The notes under the pieces were generated by a model, which was not told the origin of the DNA, made no database searches, and worked only from the letters and a program-made list of their open reading frames with translations. Shown one piece after another: positions 10,749-19,884 of a stretch of 64,000 nt of DNA; position 1 is the stretch's first letter; the number at the start of each line of letters is the position of its first letter. A program made the position numbers and the translations under genes. The stretch comes from Acidobacteriaceae bacterium (GTDB lineage: Bacteria > Acidobacteriota > Terriglobia > Terriglobales > Acidobacteriaceae), in assembly GCA_025352065.1 (NCBI GenBank), contig JANXUC010000011.1, forward strand, positions 517-64,516. Direction: 5' to 3'.

Positions 10749-11131
10749 GCTTTCACCCCCAGAAGAGGAATTACATGTTCTTTAACTTGATCGGGTGTAA
10801 ACGGTTTGCGGATGTAGCCCCGCGCCCCTAGCGAGATGGCTTGCACAACATGCGCTTCGCTGCCTTCCGTTGTAATCATGACGACCGGCACGTTCTTTGC
10901 GTTCTCCACGCTCGGAAGTGCTTTGAGAAACTCCAGACCGTCCATAATGGGCATGTTGATGTCACATAGGATCAGCTCAACGGAGTCTTCGGCGAGTATG
11001 GTCAGTGCCTCAGCGCCGTTCCCCGCTTCAAATACTTTGCTGAGCTCAATGCCCGCTTGCCGCAGCGAGCGTTCCACAATCTTTCGCATGACCGACGAAT
11101 CGTCCACAATCAGAGCACGAATAGCGTCCAT
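10745..11131 (-). CDS. cheY: Single-domain response regulator CheY
   Basis: A 128-aa REC domain (ALIVDDSSVMR, DINMPIMDG, MITTEG, KPF). Confidence 0.9.
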   Translation of the reverse strand: MDAIRALIVDDSSVMRKIVERSLRQAGIELSKVFEAGNGAEALTILAEDSVELILCDINMPIMDGLEFLKALPSVENAKNVPVVMITTEGSEAHVVQAISLGARGYIRKPFTPDQVKEHVIPLLGVKA

Positions 11132-11331
11132 AAACCCTCATTCTTGGTGCAGGGCAAGAGCTAGCGCTTGTTCTTTTACCTTGCACTGTTGTTTTATCGG
11201 CGGAGATTCATTGGACTTTACAGGTACTATGACCTTTCGATGCCAAGCAAAAATCATCTGGCCAGGCGGCGCAAATCACGCTTCGGATGCATAGTCGCCG
11301 CAAGGACTAGAATTCAATAAGAGGTTCACCA

Positions 11332-11520
11332 ATGGCAGCGCAAGACGAAATCAACCGCACTTCCAGTCCAGCCAAAGCGGCCGAGCAAGTCGCGGGAGCG
11401 CAGGACCTGCTGAAGACTTTGCAGGAAAAGCTGGGGCAACACCCGGAAATCGGGCAAGCAATCCATAAGCTTGAGCTGGCGCTTGCCATTCTCGAAGTGC
11501 AAACCGGAGGAATGCTGTAA
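11332..11520 (+). CDS. Small hypothetical protein (62 aa)
   Basis: AAGAGG lies 7 nt upstream of the ATG and the protein is predicted helical. There is no recognisable family, so it may not be real. Confidence 0.3.
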   Translation: MAAQDEINRTSSPAKAAEQVAGAQDLLKTLQEKLGQHPEIGQAIHKLELALAILEVQTGGML

Positions 11521-11563
11521 ATCGACGGGTTTGGGGCCGTTAAGCTAAGCTACGCATGAATGC

Positions 11564-12085
11564 CTACAGACGTATTTTGATCGGTGTTCCATTTGGCACC
11601 GCGTTCCAGATTTCGTCCATTTCGGCATCGGTTACGGCAATGCAGCCGTCGGTCCAGTCGTACAGCCGATTGGCGGCACTCGGGCCATGGTAGCTGTTGG
11701 GAAGGCCGTGGACGAACACATCTCCGCCGGGAGACACTCCTCGCTTGCGAGCTGCTGCCCGCTGCTCCGAAGTCGGGTAGGAAATGTGGAGTGATTTGTA
11801 ATATTGGCTGTGGGGATTGCGTGAATCCAGGACGTAGACTCCTTCAGGAGTCTTGTGATCGCCTTGCTGCGACTTAGGACCAACCGGGGAGCCGCCGAGC
11901 GCTACCTTGTACTCCTTCACGACATCGCGGTCGTGGAGAAGTCGAAGTACACGTTTCTGCTTCAGGACTAAAACGCGATCTACCTTGGCTGATCCAAGAG
12001 ATGCGGTTCGCGCTGGCAAACGTTGGATAGCGAGCATTCCCAGCAGGACCAGGAACGTCCTTCGCAGAACTACTTTGCGGATCAT
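11564..12085 (-). CDS. L,D-transpeptidase (YkuD/ErfK family), secreted
   Basis: Signal-like N-terminus. The YkuD catalytic region is VFVHGLP..DWTDGCIAVTD (His ... Cys). The start overlaps the upstream regulator stop (ATGA). Confidence 0.85.
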   Translation of the reverse strand: MIRKVVLRRTFLVLLGMLAIQRLPARTASLGSAKVDRVLVLKQKRVLRLLHDRDVVKEYKVALGGSPVGPKSQQGDHKTPEGVYVLDSRNPHSQYYKSLHISYPTSEQRAAARKRGVSPGGDVFVHGLPNSYHGPSAANRLYDWTDGCIAVTDAEMDEIWNAVPNGTPIKIRL

Positions 12086-13998
12086 GCTCGCAGGCTGACG
12101 CTACCCTCAATCTCGCCTTTGATATTGAGATTTCGGATTAAGCGATGGAGATAGTTGGGATGCAGCCCCAGCGCCTTGGCTGCATCGGCATACTTTCCGC
12201 CTGACTCTCGTATCGCATTCAGAATGAGCTTTTTCTTATATTCCTGAACGGATCCGTGATATTTCCCCGAAGGAATCTGAGCCGAGCCATCGTGTTCCAG
12301 AATTTGCTCTGGAAAATCTTCCGGCAAGAGCGTGTCACCCACGCCCAATACAACGGCGCGCTCGATAGCGTTTTCCAGCTCTCGAACGTTGCCCGGCCAG
12401 TCATAGCTCATGAGGCAGGAGAGAGTGGCAGACGAGACCAGCTTTTTGGACTGGCCGCATTTTGCGCTATGCTTTTTGACGAAGTGCTCAACCAACTCCG
12501 GTATGTCCTGCTTGTGATCGCGCAAGGCAGGCATGTTCACGGGAATTACGTTCAGGCGGTGAAAGAAGTCTTCCCGGAAGGTTCCCGCTTTCACGGCTTC
12601 TTTCAGATTGCGGTTGGTGGCGGTGACAAGACGAATATCCACCGGAATATTACGAGTTCCTCCCAGGCGCACGAGCTCACGCTCAGCGAGAACTCGCAAC
12701 AATTTGGCCTGCAGCCCTACCGGGAGTTCACCTACTTCGTCTAGAAACACAGTGCCGCCGTGGGCGACTTCAAGTTTGCCTTTTCTGGGAACGGCGCCCG
12801 TGTAGATTCCCTTTTCGACGCCAAAGAATTCCGCTTCCAGCAAAGTATCCGGAATAGCAGCGCAGTTCACAGCTACGAAAGGCTTCTCGCTGCGACGGCT
12901 GTTGCCATGAATGGCGCGCGCGGCCAACTCTTTGCCCGTTCCGCTTTCACCCCGAATAAGAACGGTGGAATCGGCCGGAGCCGCTCGGGAGATCAGCTGA
13001 AGCACTTCCTGCATAGCTTGGCTGGTACCTTTGAATTCGTGGTCCAGATTGATCTCTGAATTCAGGCGGCGGTTCTCCTGTCGTAGCCACTCGATCTGGT
13101 GTACATTTTCGAGCGCAACCGAGGCAATAGCAGCCAGTGCTGTTACCAACTGGAGATGATCTTCCGTAAATGGAATATAGCTGTTGCGACTGCCCAGGTA
13201 GATGCAGCCGATGACACGCTCCATCACATGCAGCGGCACACACAGTAAAGAACGAACTTCAGAAGCGACCAGGCTCTTGACGCTGCGGTAGTCGCCCTGG
13301 TTCGGCACGTCGTTGAGCAGCATAGCGACGCCCTGCTTCATGACCTGCTGCACAATCGTTCGGCTGACGCGAACGGGCGCTTCCGATCCTTGCTGATCGC
13401 GCGCCAGGGTGGAAGTGAACTCGCCGTGGCGCTCCAGCAAAATCGCACCTTCTTCGGCGGGTGTGACCTCGAAGACGGATTGCAAAACCTGCTCCTGCAA
13501 CTCGCGCAGATCGTGAATGGAGTTTACGGACTGGCTGATCTTCAGCAGAGCATTCAGATTGCGGCTGAGTGACGCCGAAGCCGAATCTTCCTGGGGCGCG
13601 AACTCCGGGTGAAGGTAGAGCGCATCTTCCGGCCGCAGATGTACTGTAGCCTGCATCGGGAGGCTATCATCGTCGAATTCAATGGTTCCCGTTTGCTCCG
13701 GACTATCCTCTTGCGTGAGAAACAGGAGCAGGGAATCGCCCACAGCGATACGGTCGCCATGTTTGAGCAAGTGCTCCTTGATAAGCGCGCCGTTGACTAG
13801 AGTTCCGTTGCGGCTTGCAAGGTCGCGGAGGCGATAACCACCCTCCTCGAAGGACAGGGCGCAGTGGCGGCGCGACAAGGCCGGATCAACAATGGCGACT
13901 TGGTTGGCGCCGTCGCGTCCGACAAGGACTTCTCCAGCGGGCAGTTCAACGACCTGATTCTTTAACGGTCCAGCGATGATGCGCAGTCGGGGGTTCAT
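12082..13998 (-). CDS. Sigma-54-dependent transcriptional activator with FHA and GAF sensory domains
   Basis: N-terminal FHA (GRDGANQVAIVDPALSRRHCAL..NGTLVNG) and a GAF-like middle region. The AAA+ core has GESGTGKE, FLDEVGEL and an ESELFGxxxGAFTGA-equivalent reading EAEFFGVEKGIYTGA. The C-terminus has a Fis-type HTH (AAKALGLHPNYLHRLI). Confidence 0.9.
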   Translation of the reverse strand: MNPRLRIIAGPLKNQVVELPAGEVLVGRDGANQVAIVDPALSRRHCALSFEEGGYRLRDLASRNGTLVNGALIKEHLLKHGDRIAVGDSLLLFLTQEDSPEQTGTIEFDDDSLPMQATVHLRPEDALYLHPEFAPQEDSASASLSRNLNALLKISQSVNSIHDLRELQEQVLQSVFEVTPAEEGAILLERHGEFTSTLARDQQGSEAPVRVSRTIVQQVMKQGVAMLLNDVPNQGDYRSVKSLVASEVRSLLCVPLHVMERVIGCIYLGSRNSYIPFTEDHLQLVTALAAIASVALENVHQIEWLRQENRRLNSEINLDHEFKGTSQAMQEVLQLISRAAPADSTVLIRGESGTGKELAARAIHGNSRRSEKPFVAVNCAAIPDTLLEAEFFGVEKGIYTGAVPRKGKLEVAHGGTVFLDEVGELPVGLQAKLLRVLAERELVRLGGTRNIPVDIRLVTATNRNLKEAVKAGTFREDFFHRLNVIPVNMPALRDHKQDIPELVEHFVKKHSAKCGQSKKLVSSATLSCLMSYDWPGNVRELENAIERAVVLGVGDTLLPEDFPEQILEHDGSAQIPSGKYHGSVQEYKKKLILNAIRESGGKYADAAKALGLHPNYLHRLIRNLNIKGEIEGSVSLRA

Positions 13999-14021
13999 GA
14001 TCTTGAAAAGAAGGGTGATCT

Positions 14022-14117
14022 CCTGTTTAACACAGGTCTATGGTTTCGCACAGAGAGATTTCTCTCAACTATAGAAGTTCACTATCCATTCGGATAGTAC
14101 TAGCTGATCAGATAGCT
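14022..14117. promoter_or_regulatory. Cluster of perfect palindromes upstream of the sigma-54 activator gene
   Basis: CCTGT-TTAAC-ACAGG (14022-14036), GAGAGA-TT-TCTCTC (14053-14066), ACTATCC-ATTC-GGATAGT (14081-14098) and CTGATCAG (14104-14111), all in an AT-rich stretch. Confidence 0.4.
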
Positions 14118-14533
14118 CTTGGGATCCGTTACGGAGGACTTTCTTCAGCAAGATCGTCCCTTTGATTCTTCAATAACCACAGGCGAAACAATAACTTACA
14201 CTCGAATTTGCCTCCCTCCGCAGAGGCGGGTTTCGTTTGGCTGGTTGTTTGCCAGTAAAAAACGTGCGAAGCCGTTAGAGGGCTTGCCCTCGACGGACTC
14301 TGTCCGATGATTCCTGCTCCTGCTGAGGAGTCTTGGCGGTGCCATGTCAGGTTTGTCGGGCGCAGCGTTCGCCGGGGTCCTGCATAACCCTTTCGTCAGG
14401 AGCCCGGCGAGTGCAATTCAGATGAGTTCACGTCGGGTTTGCCTGTGGTCGCGTTCGCCGCGCGGGCTGAACTCGAAAGTTTCCGCGGAATACAGGAATC
14501 TTAATACGGGGGAAGACTGGTTTCGCGGAAGTA

Positions 14534-14592
14534 GGGCCGCCGGAGGGTTGGGATGGGAGCATCCCTACTGTCCGGCGGCCCATTTTTCGTTT
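14534..14592 (+). terminator. Strong rho-independent terminator, plus-strand orientation
   Basis: An 11-bp GC stem GGGCCGCCGGA / TCCGGCGGCCC encloses a nested GGGATG-GGAG-CATCCC hairpin and is followed by ATTTTTCGTTT. The reverse complement has no U-tract, so it does not serve the minus-strand lhr gene as a classical terminator. Confidence 0.7.
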
Positions 14593-14616
14593 GAGTAATT
14601 TACGAAACAAAGAATG

Positions 14617-17600
14617 CTAGTCGCCTGCCGCGTCGTGCAGCCTGGAAAGCGCAATGTGCTCGCTTGATGGGATGCCATCGCGATATTCGACGTAGCGACC
14701 TGAAATAGCAGGGACTCGGGCACCTGGGACAAGAATACCTACCAGATTGAGTGGATCGGCTGCCGAGAGGATAGCTATTTCGCCGCTCGGGGGAAGTCGT
14801 CGCGTTGCGCGCAACGACTCCACCGCGACTGGCAGCGCAAACTGTTCTCCCAGGAATCCATCGACGAATCGTCCGCCGCGAACCTCACCGCGATCCTCCA
14901 AACGCCGAAACGCGATGAGCAACTCCCGCCATTTTGGCAACACGGTTTCCCGTGCGAGCAAGTCGCGGAAGACGACTCCATATCGCTGCAGCAGCATCCA
15001 GCAAGTCGCCTCGGCGGCCTTAGCGCGGTCGGTTGCCGCGTCCGTGAAAAGAAGAGACCAGCGTCCGGAACTGTGTCGCGGACGCGAGGTGCGTCCAAAG
15101 CCTTGTCCAGAGCGGCGTTTGGGATCGATGAGCGCGCGTAGATTGTCGAAACCATCTGCCGTAATCAGTCCGGCAGCGACGAGCTCCCAGAGTCCAGTTT
15201 CAACTTCAGACTTGAGTGTGCCTGTACCTTTCACAACATCGACAAAGAAGGATGCACCGCGTTGACGCAGAAACTCCAAGACCAGCATCGCGCCTTCGCT
15301 TAATCCTCGAGTCGGCGCATCTGTTTCGTTCCCGATATTTGCGGGGCGACGTGGAATCATCCAATCGGCTTTTTCGCGGATAAAGAACGTAACAGGAGCT
15401 ACGCTGGTCGGAATCACGCGTCGCTTACCGTGCGCGGAATCTTCGAGCGTGGCGGGGTGTGGCGAGAGGCGCCCCCAGCCCACGGCGCCGGTCATGCAAA
15501 GTGAATCGAGCCATTGCGGATCGTAGTGTGCCACGCGGCGAGAAAGAACTTCTCGCTCCCAGGCATTGGCTGGAATTTCAAAGCCTTGCAATTGGCACAG
15601 GATTTCCAATACGCCACGCTCTCCTGCGAGCTGGGAGTTAGGCGCAATGTGCTGCCAGCGCAGCAGCCAGCGCAAGAATTGCGCAGCGGTGGCTGGTTCG
15701 ATTTGCTTGCGCAGCTTTCCAAGAGTGAGGAAATGAATCCGCGCCAACAGGCGACGTTCGCACCATTCCGTGTCTGTTGTTGTGCCGGTGAACCTGCCAC
15801 GCAGAATCGCACCGCTAGCTTCCATGCGCAACAGAGCTTGATCGATGGCGCTGGCTGGAAGGTTGAGCGTGCGGCCCAAGTTTGCGGCCGTTGCCGGGCC
15901 TAGATGCTGCATCCAGCCCGTCACCATCCGCAGCAACGCTTCGTCAAAGGAAGTCGCTTCCATGCCGACATCGGCCAGGCCGCGCTCGAAAACCGCATCG
16001 GGATAGAGCAGCGAGAAGTTCTTGGCTCGCTCCGTTGCGACCCAGTAGGTGCGTCCCTGCGAGTGCGCGCGTGACGCGCGACCATCCAGAACAAGATGAT
16101 CGAAACAGCGCTGCCATTTGTAGATGGACTCCGCATGCAAGGAGGCCGGGAGAGCGCTGTCCACATCTAGATCAAACGTTACGGGCAGCGCCATCAGGGT
16201 ATGCAGAACATCTTGCAATTCGTCGGCGTCGCGTACATCGGGCCAAGCTTCGTCGCGAACCTGCGAGATGGCTGCGGGATCGAGCTTGCCGACCTCTTCC
16301 AATACTGAAGCGGGCAACATGCGGCGCATCTCGACCGCTCGGGCACGGCGTTCCTCCAGCGGAGCGTCGTCAAGAAAGGCGTAAGGATTCGCATTCAAGA
16401 TCTCGTGCGAAAACTGCGAAGGCACAGGTGTATCCACCGCAAGGCAGCGAATCGAGCCGTCGGCCATGCCGTTCAGCACGGCGCGAAGGCCATGAATGTC
16501 CATGGCCTCGGTCAAAACATCTTTCATGACTTCAGCGACGAGCGGGTGATTCGGAATTTGGATGTCGCCTTCGATATTTTCCTGGCACGCGGCGACATCG
16601 GGAAACACTGCGGCAAGCAGATCATCGGAGCGCATACGCTGTATCTGCGGGGGAATCTTCTTTCCGCCTCGGAAGCGCAGCAACGCCAGTGCCCGCTGTG
16701 CGTCCCAACGCCATCGGGTCGCAAAAATCGGGGACGGCAAAGCTGCCTGTTCCAAAATTGTCTGCACAGTTTCTGCTTGTAAATATTGGAAGACATCAGC
16801 CAGTGGGAAGCTATGTTGCTCAGCAAGAGCGATATTGAGACCGTTGTCAGTGGCCGCAGCCTGCAGCTCGAAATTGAAACTGCGACAAAAGCGCTTGCGA
16901 AGAGCCAGCCCCCAAGCCTTGTTCACCCGCCCACCAAAAGGAGCATGAATGACCAGCTGCATGCCTCCGCCTTCATCGAAGAAGCGTTCGGCGATAATGG
17001 TTTTCTGCGACGGCACCGCTCCCAAAACTGCCCGACCTTGCAGAATATATTCGACAAGCTGCTCGCCGCTGGAGTCATCCAACCCGCATTCTTCTTTCAG
17101 CCATGTAACCGCCGCTGCAACTTCGGGCTGGTTTTGCGAAACGCCAATGGGAGAAGCGCGGGGCAGCAAATCACTCACAGCCTGGCGCAGTTCACCGATG
17201 CATACTGAAAGCTCATCCGTGCGCGCCGGAGCTTCGCCGCGCCAAAAGGGAATTGTCGGAGATGCTCCGTGCGCGTCTTCCACCAGCAAGCGTCCTGTCT
17301 TCGATTCCACACGTCGGATGCGCCACGACGTATTGCCGAGCAGCATGACGTCGCCCTTCATGCTCTCTACTGCGAAGTCTTCGTCCACTGTGCCGATGTT
17401 GGAGCCGTCAGGCTCCGCCACCACCGAGTAAAGTGCTGTATCGGGAATCGCGCCGCCGCTTGTGATGGCGGCCAATCGGCTGCCACGACGGGCTCGCAAC
17501 TTACGATTCACGCGGTCGCGATGCAGATAGGCTCCATAACGCCCGCGTTGCGCGGCAATCCCTTCCGAGAGCATTTCGAGAATGCGTTCGTAGGTTTCGC

Positions 17601-18960
17601 GAGACAGCGTCTTGTATGGATATGCATGACGAAATAGTTCGAAGAGTTCGTCTTCGTCCCACTCTTCTTGCGAAGCACAAGCCGCCACAATCTGCTGCGC
17701 CAGCACATCCAAAGGAGAATCCGGAATCACCAGGCGATCAAGATCGCCAGTACGAATTGCGCGCACCAAAGCTGCACATTCCACAAGATCGTCGCGGGTG
17801 GTCGCGAAAAGCCGGCCCTTCGGAATAGCTCCGCGCCAGTGACCGGAGCGACCTACGCGCTGCAACGCCACTGCAATCGAGCGCGGCGTATTGATCTGGC
17901 AAACAAGGTCGATGCTGCCAATGTCGATACCAAGTTCGAGCGAAGCGGTGGCGACCAGCAGCTTGATTTGCCCCGTTTTCAACTTGGTTTCTGCAGCCAG
18001 ACGCATCTTGCGAGCCATCGAACCGTGGTGCGCAGCCACGGAGTCCTCACCGAGCAGTTCTTCCAGGCGGTGTGCGAGCCGCTCTGCCATGCGGCGCGTA
18101 TTCACAAAGACCAGCGTCGACCGATGCTGCGCTGCCAACTCTGCCAGCCGCGCGTAGATTTCGTCCCACTGTTCGTTCGAGCTAATCGGCCCCAGCGGAC
18201 TGGCCGGAATCTCGACTGCCAAATCCATCTTCCGCCGATGGCCGACATCCACAATTGCTGGCGCTGGCCGGTTCGCACCGACCAAAAACTGTGCCACTTC
18301 TTCAATCGGTTTCTGTGTCGCGGAGAGCCCTATGCGCAGGGGTACTTGATGAGTGAGAGATTGCAACCGCTCCAGAGACAGTGCGAGATGCGCTCCGCGT
18401 TTGTCGTCGGCGACCGCATGGATTTCGTCCACAATCACAGTGGTGACGTCACGTAAAATGGCACGGCTCTTGTCTGCGGTCAGTAAGATATACAACGATT
18501 CCGGTGTTGTCACCAGAATGTGCGGCGGGCGCCTCAGCATAGCCCGCCGCTCGGACATCAACGTATCGCCCGTGCGGACGGCTGTACGAATCTCGGGCAT
18601 CAGCATGCCGAGTTCACCGGCATCCGCCAAGATTTCTCCCAGTGGAACTTCCAAATTCTTCTGGATGTCGTTGCCCAGAGCTTTTAGCGGAGAAATGTAG
18701 AGAACTTCCGTGCGGTCCTGCAACTCGCCGTTGGCAGCCTTGCGGACGAGGCGGTCAATACAAATAAGGAAAGCTGCGAGCGTTTTGCCCGATCCGGTGG
18801 GCGCGGAAATGAGCGTATTACGTCCAGCAAGGATATGGGGCCACCCCTGCTCCTGCGGCTCGGTCGGAGTGGACATTTTACGAACGAACCAGTCGCGAAC
18901 GAGCGGGTGGGCCCAGTCAAGCGGAGAGGGGGAGGCAGGGATGGGCTCCTGAAACAGCAT
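14617..18960 (-). CDS. lhr: Large ATP-dependent DExH helicase Lhr
   Basis: A 1447-aa protein. Walker A is APTGSGKT and the DExH box is VDEIH. The SAT-like motif, the helicase C domain (QRVGRSGH) and the long Lhr-type C-terminal extension are present. Confidence 0.92.
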   Translation of the reverse strand: MLFQEPIPASPSPLDWAHPLVRDWFVRKMSTPTEPQEQGWPHILAGRNTLISAPTGSGKTLAAFLICIDRLVRKAANGELQDRTEVLYISPLKALGNDIQKNLEVPLGEILADAGELGMLMPEIRTAVRTGDTLMSERRAMLRRPPHILVTTPESLYILLTADKSRAILRDVTTVIVDEIHAVADDKRGAHLALSLERLQSLTHQVPLRIGLSATQKPIEEVAQFLVGANRPAPAIVDVGHRRKMDLAVEIPASPLGPISSNEQWDEIYARLAELAAQHRSTLVFVNTRRMAERLAHRLEELLGEDSVAAHHGSMARKMRLAAETKLKTGQIKLLVATASLELGIDIGSIDLVCQINTPRSIAVALQRVGRSGHWRGAIPKGRLFATTRDDLVECAALVRAIRTGDLDRLVIPDSPLDVLAQQIVAACASQEEWDEDELFELFRHAYPYKTLSRETYERILEMLSEGIAAQRGRYGAYLHRDRVNRKLRARRGSRLAAITSGGAIPDTALYSVVAEPDGSNIGTVDEDFAVESMKGDVMLLGNTSWRIRRVESKTGRLLVEDAHGASPTIPFWRGEAPARTDELSVCIGELRQAVSDLLPRASPIGVSQNQPEVAAAVTWLKEECGLDDSSGEQLVEYILQGRAVLGAVPSQKTIIAERFFDEGGGMQLVIHAPFGGRVNKAWGLALRKRFCRSFNFELQAAATDNGLNIALAEQHSFPLADVFQYLQAETVQTILEQAALPSPIFATRWRWDAQRALALLRFRGGKKIPPQIQRMRSDDLLAAVFPDVAACQENIEGDIQIPNHPLVAEVMKDVLTEAMDIHGLRAVLNGMADGSIRCLAVDTPVPSQFSHEILNANPYAFLDDAPLEERRARAVEMRRMLPASVLEEVGKLDPAAISQVRDEAWPDVRDADELQDVLHTLMALPVTFDLDVDSALPASLHAESIYKWQRCFDHLVLDGRASRAHSQGRTYWVATERAKNFSLLYPDAVFERGLADVGMEATSFDEALLRMVTGWMQHLGPATAANLGRTLNLPASAIDQALLRMEASGAILRGRFTGTTTDTEWCERRLLARIHFLTLGKLRKQIEPATAAQFLRWLLRWQHIAPNSQLAGERGVLEILCQLQGFEIPANAWEREVLSRRVAHYDPQWLDSLCMTGAVGWGRLSPHPATLEDSAHGKRRVIPTSVAPVTFFIREKADWMIPRRPANIGNETDAPTRGLSEGAMLVLEFLRQRGASFFVDVVKGTGTLKSEVETGLWELVAAGLITADGFDNLRALIDPKRRSGQGFGRTSRPRHSSGRWSLLFTDAATDRAKAAEATCWMLLQRYGVVFRDLLARETVLPKWRELLIAFRRLEDRGEVRGGRFVDGFLGEQFALPVAVESLRATRRLPPSGEIAILSAADPLNLVGILVPGARVPAISGRYVEYRDGIPSSEHIALSRLHDAAGD

Positions 18961-19238
18961 GGATTGATTCTACGCAAAGTCGTCAGTTTCGTAAATTGTT
19001 CGCTGTAAGCTCGGGGCGCGCAACCCCTGCTGGCCGGCCTTGGGGACAGGGACTCCTGCAAGCGGGGTCGCGACGTTCACAACCAACGCAAGCCCAATCG
19101 GAACGTGCTCAATTACAGCCGGCAACGGCGACGGAATTGACAGGGTTTTAGGCAGGCATCGCAAGTTACTGTACGTCAATTTACAGGTTACTTGTAGCAG
19201 TACTTAAGCAAGGGGATCTGCTGTACGATTCTCGTAAC

Positions 19239-19514
19239 GTGGAACAGTCTGACGTGAGCATCGAGGATCGTCGCCGCACTCACCGGTTTAGTTGCGGCGG
19301 CCAAGCAAAGATTGTGTCTTTGCCATTCGATGGGATATTGGTGCCAGGCAGGGTTTTCGATCTGAGCCTGGGTGGCTGCTGCATCAAGCGCGACCAGACG
19401 CTTCCGCAGCAAGGCCAAGCTGAGATCTTGCGGCGTGTTGGCGCATCTTCTTTCCGTGCTTTAGGTCAAGTGCGGGAGCTGCGGGATGGCGAGAAAATCT
19501 GCATCGAGTTCTAG
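19239..19514 (+). CDS. PilZ domain protein (possibly truncated by an in-frame TAG)
   Basis: c-di-GMP binding motifs RRRTHR (RxxxR) and DLSLGG (D/NxSxxG) are present, with a GTG start. See the finding on the in-frame continuation after the stop. Confidence 0.65.
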   Translation: MEQSDVSIEDRRRTHRFSCGGQAKIVSLPFDGILVPGRVFDLSLGGCCIKRDQTLPQQGQAEILRRVGASSFRALGQVRELRDGEKICIEF

Positions 19515-19884
19515 CATCTGAGTTCGGGTGGCCAAAGCAAGCTGGCTGAATTGGTTCGGCAACTGGCGATCTTTCAGGCAAACATGGCCAGGCTAAGATT
19601 CGCCCGGGACAGTAGAGATGCCGAATTCTTGAGTGAGTATATCTTCAGCGAAACTTGTCGCGTCCCTTGGTGAACGAAGCCTTCTAAGTTTTTGGAACAA
19701 TTCCAATTGTACGCACTGAATCCGTACTCGAACCCAACCGGGAGCCTCGGATCGTGTGTCATGAGGCAGATGCCCTCCCGGTGGATTTGTACACCTGAGC
19801 TTGCAGTTCTTGCTTTCATCCAAATATTGACAATTCCATTTGTGGCCTTTACCGTTCCTTTACTCAGAAGTGGAGGTGGCTATC

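Noticed and set aside
14344-14598. An 84-aa ORF in the activator/lhr gap.
   Set aside because: It has no RBS, reads through the terminator hairpin and its composition is not protein-like. The region is better explained as structured RNA (see finding).
17668-18456. A 262-aa ORF antisense to lhr (plus many shorter ones across 14747-18952).
   Set aside because: These lie inside a 1447-aa helicase gene with all the DExH motifs and are antisense artefacts.
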